Positions 20,710 through 30,290 of a stretch of DNA of 64,000 bases are shown here, one piece after another. Origin of the DNA: a bacterium (lineage in GTDB: Bacteria > BMS3Abin14); the NCBI GenBank assembly GCA_020350725.1, contig CP070719.1, positions 1,579,404 to 1,643,403 on the forward strand, given 5' to 3'. A program made the position numbers and the translations under genes. Each line of letters opens with the position of its first letter. Within the stretch, counting starts at the first letter, position 1. The notes beneath the pieces are model-generated. The model was given only the letters and a program-made list of their open reading frames with translations, ran no database searches and had not been told where the DNA came from.

Positions 20710-22062
20710 ATGTACACGAGTAAGATCGACACCCTCCTGGAGAGCATCCGGAAACTGCTGCGGAGAGGGGCTTATCAGAACGCCAAGAAGATCATCGAGA
20801 AGCTCCATGCGGCCGATGTCGCCTACCTGTACCGCTACCTGAACGAGAAGGAACAGTTCGCGGTCTTCAAGCTTATCTCCAACCTTGAGACGGCAGCCGA
20901 GATCCTCAGCCATGTGGATGCACCCACCAGCGCCCATATCCTGACCAACCTGGAAAGGGAGCGGGCGTCCGAGATCCTCAAGGCCATGGACCCGGATGAC
21001 GAGGTGGGGATCCTGGCGGAGGTCAGTGAAGAGGTGAGGGAGGAGCTCCTCAGTTTCATGTCCAAATCGGACACCGAGCGCATCGAGGAGGTCTTTCAGT
21101 ATCCTGAGGACAGCGCCGGCCGGATCATGAACACCAACTTCTTCGCCCTGCATGAGGAAGTGTACGTAAGTGACGCCATAAGCGAACTGCAGAAGAGGGG
21201 TGAGGATTCCACCGAGATGGTCTTTTACATCTACGTTGTCGACGACAGGAATCACCTCGTAGGCGTGTGTTCCCTCAGGCAGCTCCTCCTGGTGCCGGCC
21301 TCGACCAGAATACAGAAGGTCATGACCTCGGATGTGGTAAGCGTCTTTCCCGAGACAGACCAGGAGGAGGTCGCCAGGCTGGTCGAGCGCTATGATCTCC
21401 TCGCGGTGCCGGTGGTCGACCATGAGAACAAGATGCTGGGCATCGTGACGGTGGACGATGTCATCGATGTTATCCGCTACGAGGCCACAGAGGATATCAT
21501 GAAGATGGTGGGTACGGGCGACGAGTATCACAGCCGCTCCGTAATGCACAGGGCCAGGATGAGGGTCCCCTGGCTTCTGGCCGCTTTTCTGGGGGGATAC
21601 ATCGGCATCCAGTTCCTCAGGATGTTCGATGCCACTCTCGAGAGGATCGTCGCCGTGGCGTTTTTTCTCCCCATCATCATCGCCATGGGGGGCAACATCG
21701 GCATCACCTCCATGACCATCGTCGTGCGGGGACTCGCCACCGGGAAAATTGCCGTAAAAGAACTAAGGAAGGTTGTTTTAAAAGAGCTGGGCGTTGCCCT
21801 TCTCTTGGGCATCCTCTACGGTACGGCCCTGATGACCCTGGCTTACCTGCAGTTCGGCGATGTCAGCTACCTTGGTTTCGTCGTCGGAGCGAGCATGCTC
21901 ATTTCCATGCTCATGGCGGCAGTAATCGGGACAATGGCCCCCATAATACTCCACTACCTGAAAATAGATCCGGCCGTAGCCACCGGTCCTTTCGTCACCA
22001 GCGCGGTGGACAGCCTGGGCATCCTGATCTACCTCGGTCTGGCCACACTGGTCCTGATCTGA
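20710..22062 (+). CDS. mgtE: magnesium transporter MgtE
   Basis: MgtE N-domain, tandem CBS domains, and a C-terminal 5-TM MgtE channel domain. Confidence 0.88.
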   Translation: MYTSKIDTLLESIRKLLRRGAYQNAKKIIEKLHAADVAYLYRYLNEKEQFAVFKLISNLETAAEILSHVDAPTSAHILTNLERERASEILKAMDPDDEVGILAEVSEEVREELLSFMSKSDTERIEEVFQYPEDSAGRIMNTNFFALHEEVYVSDAISELQKRGEDSTEMVFYIYVVDDRNHLVGVCSLRQLLLVPASTRIQKVMTSDVVSVFPETDQEEVARLVERYDLLAVPVVDHENKMLGIVTVDDVIDVIRYEATEDIMKMVGTGDEYHSRSVMHRARMRVPWLLAAFLGGYIGIQFLRMFDATLERIVAVAFFLPIIIAMGGNIGITSMTIVVRGLATGKIAVKELRKVVLKELGVALLLGILYGTALMTLAYLQFGDVSYLGFVVGASMLISMLMAAVIGTMAPIILHYLKIDPAVATGPFVTSAVDSLGILIYLGLATLVLI

Positions 22063-22367
22063 ACATGAAAGGGAAAACCCAGAATCCAAAGACCGAAATA
22101 ACAGACCAAATCTGGGACCGGCAGGGCTGCCAAAAAAGGAATTCATTCTGTTGGCATAAGGATGTGGTAAATCCGGACAGGTTTTCGCCGAGGAACGCGG
22201 TACCCGACCCTGAGGAGAGAACCCTGGACGAACGAGAATGGAAACTGAGGATTATTAATCCTTTTGGATTTCGGACCCGCCTGCGCCAAGGCCCCGGCGC
22301 GGCAAGCTTTGGATCTTGGATTTGAACCCTGCTACACACCTTGCCCAATACAGGTGCGAACCATCCC

Positions 22368-23117
22368 ATGAGCGCTCCGCAGCAGACAGAGGCCATCGTT
22401 CTGTCCCACATCGACGTGGGTGAAGAGGACAGGATCGTCACGTTTCTCACCAGGGATCACGGTCTCCTCAGAGCCGCTGCCGGGGGGGCCAAGCGTCTGC
22501 GGGGAGGAAGACCCGCCGTCTTTGACCTGTTCGTCCACGGCATCATCCATTTCCACGTGTCCGGCAAAGAGGGTAAGCTTACCCGCATCAGGTCGGCGGA
22601 GGTCATTCACCCCTTCCTGAATATACGGGCGGATTACGGGAGGCTTTGTGCGGCTTCATATCTCGCCGAGGTGACCGCCCACTGCGTGCAGGAAGCGGAC
22701 CCCGTCCCCTCGATTTTCGACCTGATCCTGTTCTGTATGGGGCAGCTCGAGAGTGGCGCCGAGGTGTACCGGATCCTTTTCCTCTACGTGATGAGACTTC
22801 TGAAGGAGTTGGGCATGGCTCCGGAACTCTCGCACTGCATGGTCTGTCGAGGGCCCATTGAGGGCGAAGCGCTTTTGAGTCCCATGGACGGCGGGGCCGT
22901 CCACCCTGCTTGTGCGAGGTCAGCGGGCGTGCAGGTCCTGCAGGCCGGGGATATGGCCTTCCTCGCCTTTGCCGCGAAAAGGAGGATCGAATCGTTGAGC
23001 AACCTGAAGCCGGATCCGGAGTCCGCGGAGCGCCTGTTTCAGGCCCTCCACACCTTCGCCGTCCATCATCTAGGTTTCGAGCCGAGATCGTTCAAAATGC
23101 TGGGAAAAGGGACTTAG
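22368..23117 (+). CDS. recO: DNA repair protein RecO
   Basis: N-terminal OB fold and a C4 zinc motif CMVCRG...HPAC. Lies downstream of rnc-era as in the E. coli rnc-era-recO operon. ATG at 22368 lies inside the TTG-initiated ORF that starts at 22341. Confidence 0.8.
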   Translation: MSAPQQTEAIVLSHIDVGEEDRIVTFLTRDHGLLRAAAGGAKRLRGGRPAVFDLFVHGIIHFHVSGKEGKLTRIRSAEVIHPFLNIRADYGRLCAASYLAEVTAHCVQEADPVPSIFDLILFCMGQLESGAEVYRILFLYVMRLLKELGMAPELSHCMVCRGPIEGEALLSPMDGGAVHPACARSAGVQVLQAGDMAFLAFAAKRRIESLSNLKPDPESAERLFQALHTFAVHHLGFEPRSFKMLGKGT

Positions 23118-23465
23118 ATATGGGAAATTGGAAACGGCAGATTTCAGGATCGGTCCGTGAACCTGACACCGGATAGGGAATCACTGGCCATTCTTCAGGA
23201 CCGGGTCGAGGCCCGGTTCAGTTCCCTGGGCTTCGGATGGGCATTCCCCCTCTCCCTTCCTCTGCCCTCTCGGAACGCTTGACATCTCCCGGTTTTCCCT
23301 GTTTTATTTATTGTTCCGCTTTATGCAGTATGCAGGGAGGGGCATTTCCAAGTTACAGGGTCCAGGTTGCACGTTCCCGGGACGGCATCATTCAGGCCTT
23401 TACCTCGACCCATGGACCTGAAATACCGAACCGGTTAAGGCATTCTTATTGAGAGGACATTCACC

Positions 23466-24380
<915 letters not shown>

Positions 24381-24418
24381 GTGCTGCAAAGGGGCGCATG
24401 GGTGAGCGGGCGAGAATT

Positions 24419-24537
24419 TAGTGTCTAGAGTCTAGTGTCTAGTTCTAGAAACTAGGAACCAGAACCAGAAACGCTCTCTGTTGTTTGATCAATACTCTTG
24501 ACTTTTAGATTTTGGATTTTGGATTGTAATCTTGAAA
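24419..24537. repeat. two heptamer arrays in the glyQ-glyS spacer (TAGTGTC-type, containing a near-palindrome, then TTTTGGA-type)
   Basis: tagtgtc tagagtc tagtgtc tagttc tagaaac taggaac cagaac cagaaac (24419-24472), then ttttaga ttttgga ttttgga ttgtaat (24503-24530). ctagttctagaaactag is a near-perfect palindrome. Confidence 0.8.
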
Positions 24538-24555
24538 CTCATGAGGATTATCTAA

Positions 24556-26625
24556 ATGACACGTGACCTGTTACTTGAGATCGGAACGGAAGAGATCCCG
24601 GCCAGCTACCTGCCGCCCGCCCTCGAGCAGATCCAGAGCCTGGCGGCCAGGGAGCTCACCGGCCAGCGCATCGCGTTCGGGAAGACGGCCGCATACGCCA
24701 CACCCAGGAGGATCGTCCTCCATATCACGGATGTAGCAGAGGCCCAGGAGACAAGCGTCAAGGAGGTCCTCGGACCGGCCAGGGCGGTGGCCTTCGATGA
24801 CAAGGGCAAACCCACCAAAGCCGCCGAGGGCTTTGCCAGGGGCCAGGGTATAACTGTCAAGGACCTGAAGACCGTCCAGACGCCCAAGGGGGAGTACGTG
24901 GCCGCCGTCAAGAAGGAGGCCAGCCAGCCCACCGCTGAGATCCTTCCCGCGATCATGCCCAGGATCATCACGTCCCTCCATTTTCCCAAGATGCAGCGAT
25001 GGGGGTATCTGAACCTCCGGTTCCCCCGCCCCATCCGCTGGCTTCTCTGTCTTTTCGGATCCGACGTCGTTCCCTTCGACCTGGAGGGGATCGAGTCGGG
25101 CCGGATGATGACCGGCCATCGTTTCATGGCCCCCGGGCCCTTCGAGATCAAGGACGTCAAGGATTATTTCCGCCAGGTCAAGAGGGCCAGGGTGGTTCTT
25201 GATCAGGACGAGAGGAAGGATATCATCCGTAAGGGTATCACCAAGGCAGCCGAGGAGGTGGGCGGAAAGCCCATCGAGGACGAGGCCCTGCTGGACGAGG
25301 TCACGTACCTCGTGGAATTCCCGGTTGTCCTCACCGGAACCTACGAGAAGAGGTATCTTTCCCTGCCCTGGGAGGTTCTGATCACCTCCATGAGTTCCCA
25401 CCAAAGGTACTTCTCGGTGACGAACAAGAGCGGCAAATTGCTGCCCTATTTCATTACCATCAGCAACAATGTGGCCAGGGACAACGCCCTTGTCGCCCAG
25501 GGGAACGAGAGGGTGTTAAGGGCCCGCCTCGAGGACGCCATGTTCTTCTTCGCTGAGGACAGAAAGATCCCCCTCATGACGAGGGTGGAGGAACTCAAGG
25601 ACGTGGTCTTCCAGGAGAAGCTGGGTACGTCCTACGAGAAGATGGAGCGCTTCCGTGCCCTGGCCCGGTACCTGGCGAAGAGGGTCGAGCCCGACAGCCT
25701 CGACGAGGTGAAAAAGGTGGCTACCCTGTGCAAGGGCGACCTGGTGACCCAGATGGTGGGTGAATTCGCCGACCTCCAGGGGGTCATGGGCAAGGAGTAT
25801 GCCCTGCTCGAAGGAGAGAGCAAGGTGGTCGCCCGGGGGATCAGCGAGCACTATTATCCCAAGTTCTCCGGTGACCGGACACCGGACACGGTGGGCGGCG
25901 CTGCGGTCAGTCTCGCCGACCGCATGGACACCGTGTGCGGCTGCTTCGGCATAGGCATCACCCCCTCCGGAACGGCGGATCCCTACGGTATCAGGAGACA
26001 CGCCCTGGCCATCATCGCCATCCTCATGGATCGGAAATGGAGGATCTCCCTTGCTGACCTGATGAAGGAGTCCCTGAAGCTTCTCAAGGGCAAGATCGAG
26101 GTGGCGCCAAAGGATGCCCTGGCGAGCCTGAGCGATTTCTTCAGGGGACGCCTCCAGCACCAGTTCACTGGACGGGGTTTCCGCCACGATCTGGTGCAGG
26201 CCGTTCTTGCCGACCACTGGGCAGACCCGGTGGACGCGGCCGATCGTCTCGACGCCCTGGCGAAGTTCTCCGAGAAGACCGGTTTCGCAGACCTGATCCT
26301 GTCCTTCAAGCGGGTGATGAACATCATCCCAGAGGGATTCCGGGGCAAACCGGACAAGAGGAAGGCCAGACACCGGGTGGAGAAGGACCTCCTCGACGCG
26401 GCCAGAGATGCCGGAAAGGACGTGGCCGGTTTGCTGGAGGCCGGCAAGTACACCCAGGCCCTCAACCGGCTGGCTAAGCTCAAAAAGCCGGTGGACGCCT
26501 TCTTCGACGGCGTCATGGTCATGGACAAGGACAGGTCCGTCCAGAAGAACCGCCTGGCCATCCTCCAGGAGGTTTCGGACCTGTTCGCCCAGGTGGCGGA
26601 TTTCAGGAAAGTGGTGACAGAGTAA
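24556..26625 (+). CDS. glyS: glycine--tRNA ligase beta subunit
   Basis: 689 aa. GlyS tRNA-binding arm and anticodon-binding domains. Immediately follows glyQ. Confidence 0.93.
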   Translation: MTRDLLLEIGTEEIPASYLPPALEQIQSLAARELTGQRIAFGKTAAYATPRRIVLHITDVAEAQETSVKEVLGPARAVAFDDKGKPTKAAEGFARGQGITVKDLKTVQTPKGEYVAAVKKEASQPTAEILPAIMPRIITSLHFPKMQRWGYLNLRFPRPIRWLLCLFGSDVVPFDLEGIESGRMMTGHRFMAPGPFEIKDVKDYFRQVKRARVVLDQDERKDIIRKGITKAAEEVGGKPIEDEALLDEVTYLVEFPVVLTGTYEKRYLSLPWEVLITSMSSHQRYFSVTNKSGKLLPYFITISNNVARDNALVAQGNERVLRARLEDAMFFFAEDRKIPLMTRVEELKDVVFQEKLGTSYEKMERFRALARYLAKRVEPDSLDEVKKVATLCKGDLVTQMVGEFADLQGVMGKEYALLEGESKVVARGISEHYYPKFSGDRTPDTVGGAAVSLADRMDTVCGCFGIGITPSGTADPYGIRRHALAIIAILMDRKWRISLADLMKESLKLLKGKIEVAPKDALASLSDFFRGRLQHQFTGRGFRHDLVQAVLADHWADPVDAADRLDALAKFSEKTGFADLILSFKRVMNIIPEGFRGKPDKRKARHRVEKDLLDAARDAGKDVAGLLEAGKYTQALNRLAKLKKPVDAFFDGVMVMDKDRSVQKNRLAILQEVSDLFAQVADFRKVVTE

Positions 26626-26631
26626 GCGGCT

Positions 26632-26750
26632 GGGTCAAAGGTCAAAGGGGAAAGGGGAAAGGTAAAAGGTAAAAGATAAAAGGTTAAAGGGGAAAGGATA
26701 AAGGGGAAAGGCGACCACTTTAACCCTTATCCTTTTCCCTTTACCCTTAT
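26632..26750. repeat. AAAGGGG-type heptamer array folded against its own inverse (imperfect long palindrome), copy 1
   Basis: ggtcaaa ggtcaaa ggggaaa ggggaaa ggtaaaa ggtaaaa gataaaa ggttaaa ggggaaa ggataaa ggggaaa gg, then a cgaccac loop, then tttaacccttatccttttccctttaccc, which is the imperfect reverse complement. Confidence 0.8.
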
Positions 26751-26783
26751 AAAAGGGCCCTTCGTGGCCCTTTATTTCTTTTC
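26751..26783 (+). terminator. rho-independent terminator (likely bidirectional)
   Basis: AAAA GGGCC cttcgt GGCCC TTTATTTCTTTT. GC stem of 5 bp flanked by an A-tract and a T-tract. Confidence 0.75.
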
Positions 26784-26784
26784 G

Positions 26785-26904
26785 GGAAAGTGGTGACAGA
26801 GCAGGTGGCAAGGGGAAGGGTAAAAGGTGAAAGGTTAAAGGGGAAAGGGGAAAGGGGAGAGGGGAGAGGCGTCCGCTTTAACCTTTATCCTTTTCCCTTT
26901 ACCC
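26785..26904. repeat. copy 2 of the glyS 3' end (22-bp match) plus an AAAGGGG-type palindromic heptamer element
   Basis: tttcgggaaagtggtgacagag (26780-26801) matches tttcaggaaagtggtgacagag at the glyS stop (26601-26622). It is followed by a second aaagggg/gagaggg array and an inverted arm tttaacctttatccttttccctttaccc. Confidence 0.8.
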
Positions 26905-26995
26905 TGATTAATTGATTTTGGATTCTCATTCCTTCCCTTGCCCCATCCCCCCTGATGCGGTTATATTCCTGTTACAATTTAACGGTAATCCAATC

Positions 26996-28144
26996 ATGGT
27001 GAGACTGGAGAGAGAAAAAAAGGAAGCCGGGGAACTGGCGCCCTATGCCGCCCTCAATTCCATGTCGAGGGGGCGCCTGCATCCGGAGGACGAGCACCCC
27101 ATCAGGCTTGCCTTCGAGCGGGACCGGGACCGGATCATCCACTGCAGTGCCTTCCGTCGGATGGAGTACAAGACCCAGGTCTTCTTCTACCACGAGGGTG
27201 ACTACTTCCGGACCCGGTTGACCCATTCCCTGGAGGTGGCCCAGATCAGCCGGTCGGCGGCTCTGGCGCTGGATCTCAACGAGGTGCTGGCCGAAGCGCT
27301 GGCCCTGGCCCACGACCTCGGGCATACCCCCTTCGGTCACTCGGGGGAGAGGGTCATGGACGCTCTGATGTCTGACGACGGGGGGTTCGAGCACAATCAG
27401 CAGACCCTGAGGGTGGTGGATCTCCTCGAATACCGCTACCCGCGGTTTCCCGGACTGAACCTCTCCTGGGAGGTGCGGGAGGGAATCGCCAAACACAGCA
27501 CGGACTACGACAATCCGGTGATCGCCTCCTTCGGGAACGCACAACCCAGCCTTGAGGCCCAGATCGTTGAACTGGCCGATGAGATAGCGTACAACAACCA
27601 CGATCTGGACGACGGCCTCACCTCGAGGATGATGGAGTTGGAACAGCTGGAGGATGTCACCATCTGGCGTGAGGTGGCGCACCAGATCAAGAGGGATCTT
27701 CCATCCATCAAGCCGTCCATGCTCAAACACGAGGCCATCAGGAGGATCATCAACTGGCAGGTCAGCGACCTCATCTCGAACATCGGCAAGGTCCTCGCAC
27801 AGCGGGGGATCGTGGACCGGCAGGGACTCGCCGAGGCCCGCGAGAGGGTGGCCGGCTTCAGTCCCGACATGGAGGTGATGAACCAGGAACTCAAGGAATT
27901 CCTCAGGGTGAACCTCTACCAGCACTTTCGAGTGATCCGCATGGCCCAGAAGGCACAGAGGATCCTCAGCGATCTCTTCACCGCCTACTGCGACATGCCT
28001 CAGCAGCTACCGCCCCAGTACTTCCGCCGGATCGAAAAGGAGGAGAGCGCCAGACGGGTCATCTGCGACTACATGGCGGGCATGACGGACAAGTTCGCCC
28101 TGGATGAACACAGGAAGCTTTTCGATCCCATGGAAAAGGTGTGA
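26996..28144 (+). CDS. dgt: dGTP triphosphohydrolase-like HD-domain protein
   Basis: HD motif HSLEVAQI...LAHDLGHTPFGH. dGTPase family architecture. ATG at 26996 lies within the longer ORF. Confidence 0.85.
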   Translation: MVRLEREKKEAGELAPYAALNSMSRGRLHPEDEHPIRLAFERDRDRIIHCSAFRRMEYKTQVFFYHEGDYFRTRLTHSLEVAQISRSAALALDLNEVLAEALALAHDLGHTPFGHSGERVMDALMSDDGGFEHNQQTLRVVDLLEYRYPRFPGLNLSWEVREGIAKHSTDYDNPVIASFGNAQPSLEAQIVELADEIAYNNHDLDDGLTSRMMELEQLEDVTIWREVAHQIKRDLPSIKPSMLKHEAIRRIINWQVSDLISNIGKVLAQRGIVDRQGLAEARERVAGFSPDMEVMNQELKEFLRVNLYQHFRVIRMAQKAQRILSDLFTAYCDMPQQLPPQYFRRIEKEESARRVICDYMAGMTDKFALDEHRKLFDPMEKV

Positions 28145-28265
28145 GTTCTGACCAGGCGAGACCCGGGGGAGGATACGTCACGACGCAATTGTAAGAGCTC
28201 ATCTTCTGCAAGATGTCTGATCCGCCGGAAGGGGACTTCCGGAAGGCATGGAAAGGAGAAACGGT

Positions 28266-28583
28266 ATGAAGAGGATTGTCGTTGTTCTCATGATCTTGAC
28301 CCTGGCGATGGCCCTGAGCGGAGTGGTCCTGGCCGACGCGGATAAGCCGGCGGTGGCCGAGAGCGGCGCGGTGGACATGGAGGCGGCAAAGGCCACCTTC
28401 GAGAACACCTGTTCCAAGTGCCACGCCCTCAGCCGAGCCATGGCCAAGAAGAAGGACCTCGCGGGATGGCAGGCGACGGTGAAGAGGATGTCCACGAACC
28501 ACCGCATACGATTTGGCGAGGAGATCTCCCAGGAGGATCAGGAGGCCATCGTTCAGTACCTGCTGGAGAACGCGGGGAAGTAG
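28266..28583 (+). CDS. small secreted mono-heme c-type cytochrome (putative)
   Basis: Signal peptide MKRIVVVLMILTLAMALSGVVLA. Single CxxCH (CSKCH). RBS AAAGGAGAA. 105 aa. Confidence 0.6.
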   Translation: MKRIVVVLMILTLAMALSGVVLADADKPAVAESGAVDMEAAKATFENTCSKCHALSRAMAKKKDLAGWQATVKRMSTNHRIRFGEEISQEDQEAIVQYLLENAGK

Positions 28584-28590
28584 GAAGAAG

Positions 28591-28806
28591 CAGCAGTCAG
28601 TAGACAGTATTCAGGATTCAGGAAAAGCTCCCCAAACAGCTACCGGAAAAATCAACCGGTTTTTTGAATTTAAAAACCATACAAAACGGGAACTTACAAA
28701 GCCTACTTAATATCTTACATTAAATTTTGCATGCCCGTTTTTCTCTTGACTGATGGATATTCCTGAATTCTGAATACCGACTACTGATTACTGAATCCTG
28801 ACTCCC
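28591..28806. repeat. inverted-heptamer-array-flanked AT-rich element (MITE-like or sRNA-like cassette)
   Basis: Left array tagacag tattcag gattcag (28601-28621). Right array ctgaatt ctgaata ccgacta ctgatta ctgaatc ctgactc (28763-28804) is its imperfect reverse complement. The core carries a 21-bp palindrome GGTTTTTTGAATTTAAAAACC (28658-28678) and a hairpin AAAACGGG...CCCGTTTTT (28683-28742). Confidence 0.7.
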
Positions 28807-28815
28807 GGTCCTAAC

Positions 28816-30039
28816 TCACACGCTCCTCCTCACCCCCCTCGGCCGCCAGGACGGCGGGATGATTCCGTTCGATCCACGCAGGTCCGGCAACTGGTCCGCA
28901 TACATGGCGGAGAACTCCCCGTACCGGTCATTGATAAGATCGAGGGCCCCCTGCAGGGAGTCCTCTTCTCTGTCGGCGGGGAAGAGGGATCCCTGCAGGC
29001 AGCCGAACCGGAGGTGGCTCAGTGAGATCCCCAGGAGGCGGATGGGCCTTACGATGGATACCGAATCCAGAATGGCCGACGCTGATCGGTAGATCCGGCT
29101 GGTGGTCCTGATCGGATGGGCCAGCGTCATCTGCCTCGAAAAGGTGGTGAAATCCCGGTAGCGTACGGTCAGTGTCACCCTGTTTCCGGCACAGTCGTGA
29201 CGGCGCGCCCTCCGTCCGACCATCTCCGAGAGGGTCAGGAGAACCCGTCGCGCGGTGACAAGGTCGGTGACATCGCGGGGCAGGGTTGCCGAATGTCCGA
29301 TGCTCTTGACCTTTTCGTTGCCCGCCCCCAGGGGCACGACGGGGGAATCCTCCTCTCCTCGTCCCATTCTCGAAAGGGTGTGTCCCAGGACACCGAATTC
29401 ACGGACCAGGATCTGCAGCGGGAAACGTCCCAACTGGCCGCAGGTCGAAATGCCCATGGATCCCAGACGGCGTTCGGTCTCCGGACCGATGCCGCACAGC
29501 TTTCCCACCGGCATGCTTTCCATGAGGTCCCTTACGTCGCCAGGGGCAAGGACCGACAGTCCATCGGGTTTTCTCCGGCCGCCGACCAGTTTTGCCAGCA
29601 GCTTGTTGGGACCGATCCCCACGGAACAGGTGAGGCCGGTCTCCTCCCGAATCCGTTCCTTGATCCTCCCCCCGAGGGTCTCAGCCCCCCCGAAACGGTT
29701 CAGATCGGTGGTCACATCCAGAAAGGCCTCATCGACGGAATAGGGCTCCACGAGAGGGGTGAAAGATTCAAGGATATCGATGATCATGGCCGAGACGTGA
29801 CTGTACTTCCGGTGATCACACCGGACTATGACAAGGGCGGGACACAGTTTCAGGCCCTGACCGAGAGCCATGCCCGTCCTGACGCCGAACTCCCTCGCCG
29901 CATAGGATGCGGTGGTGATGATGGTCCTCTGTCCCGGCCCGGCCACTGCCACCGGTTTGCCCCTCAGGGAAGGGTTGTCCACCTCTTCCACCGAGGCGAA
30001 GAAGGCATCCATGTCCACGTGGAGGATCACCCGGTTCAT
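28816..30039 (-). CDS. dinB: DNA polymerase IV (Y-family)
   Basis: N-terminal HVDMDAFFASVE catalytic motif. Full Y-family polymerase length (407 aa). Third gene of the lexA operon. Confidence 0.9.
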   Translation of the reverse strand: MNRVILHVDMDAFFASVEEVDNPSLRGKPVAVAGPGQRTIITTASYAAREFGVRTGMALGQGLKLCPALVIVRCDHRKYSHVSAMIIDILESFTPLVEPYSVDEAFLDVTTDLNRFGGAETLGGRIKERIREETGLTCSVGIGPNKLLAKLVGGRRKPDGLSVLAPGDVRDLMESMPVGKLCGIGPETERRLGSMGISTCGQLGRFPLQILVREFGVLGHTLSRMGRGEEDSPVVPLGAGNEKVKSIGHSATLPRDVTDLVTARRVLLTLSEMVGRRARRHDCAGNRVTLTVRYRDFTTFSRQMTLAHPIRTTSRIYRSASAILDSVSIVRPIRLLGISLSHLRFGCLQGSLFPADREEDSLQGALDLINDRYGEFSAMYADQLPDLRGSNGIIPPSWRPRGVRRSV

Positions 30040-30290
30040 ACCAGTTGCGCCACCTTCTCCAGGTACCAGGTGAGGGCCTCGCCGTCGAGGACGAGCTCAT
30101 ACAGGTCGGAACCGTCCGTCACCGTGAAGTGGTGGAGGATAGCGGAACCCCTCCTCTCCGACCAGGAGAAGGTGATCCCTGAAATACGGTATCTCCTTTT
30201 CCTCCAGATAAACCAGGCCGGACGCATTTTCCCGCCCGCACCGAAGACGGCGCCCACCACGACCCGCTCCTGGATCTCCTGGGCCATCAC
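30036..30290 (-). CDS. hypothetical 84-aa protein, translationally coupled between lexA and dinB
   Basis: 4-nt overlaps with both the lexA stop and the dinB start. Coding-like composition. No family recognised (MMAQEIQERVVVGAVFGAGG...HHFTVTDGSDLYELVLDGEALTWYLEKV). Confidence 0.55.
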   Translation of the reverse strand: MMAQEIQERVVVGAVFGAGGKMRPAWFIWRKRRYRISGITFSWSERRGSAILHHFTVTDGSDLYELVLDGEALTWYLEKVAQLV

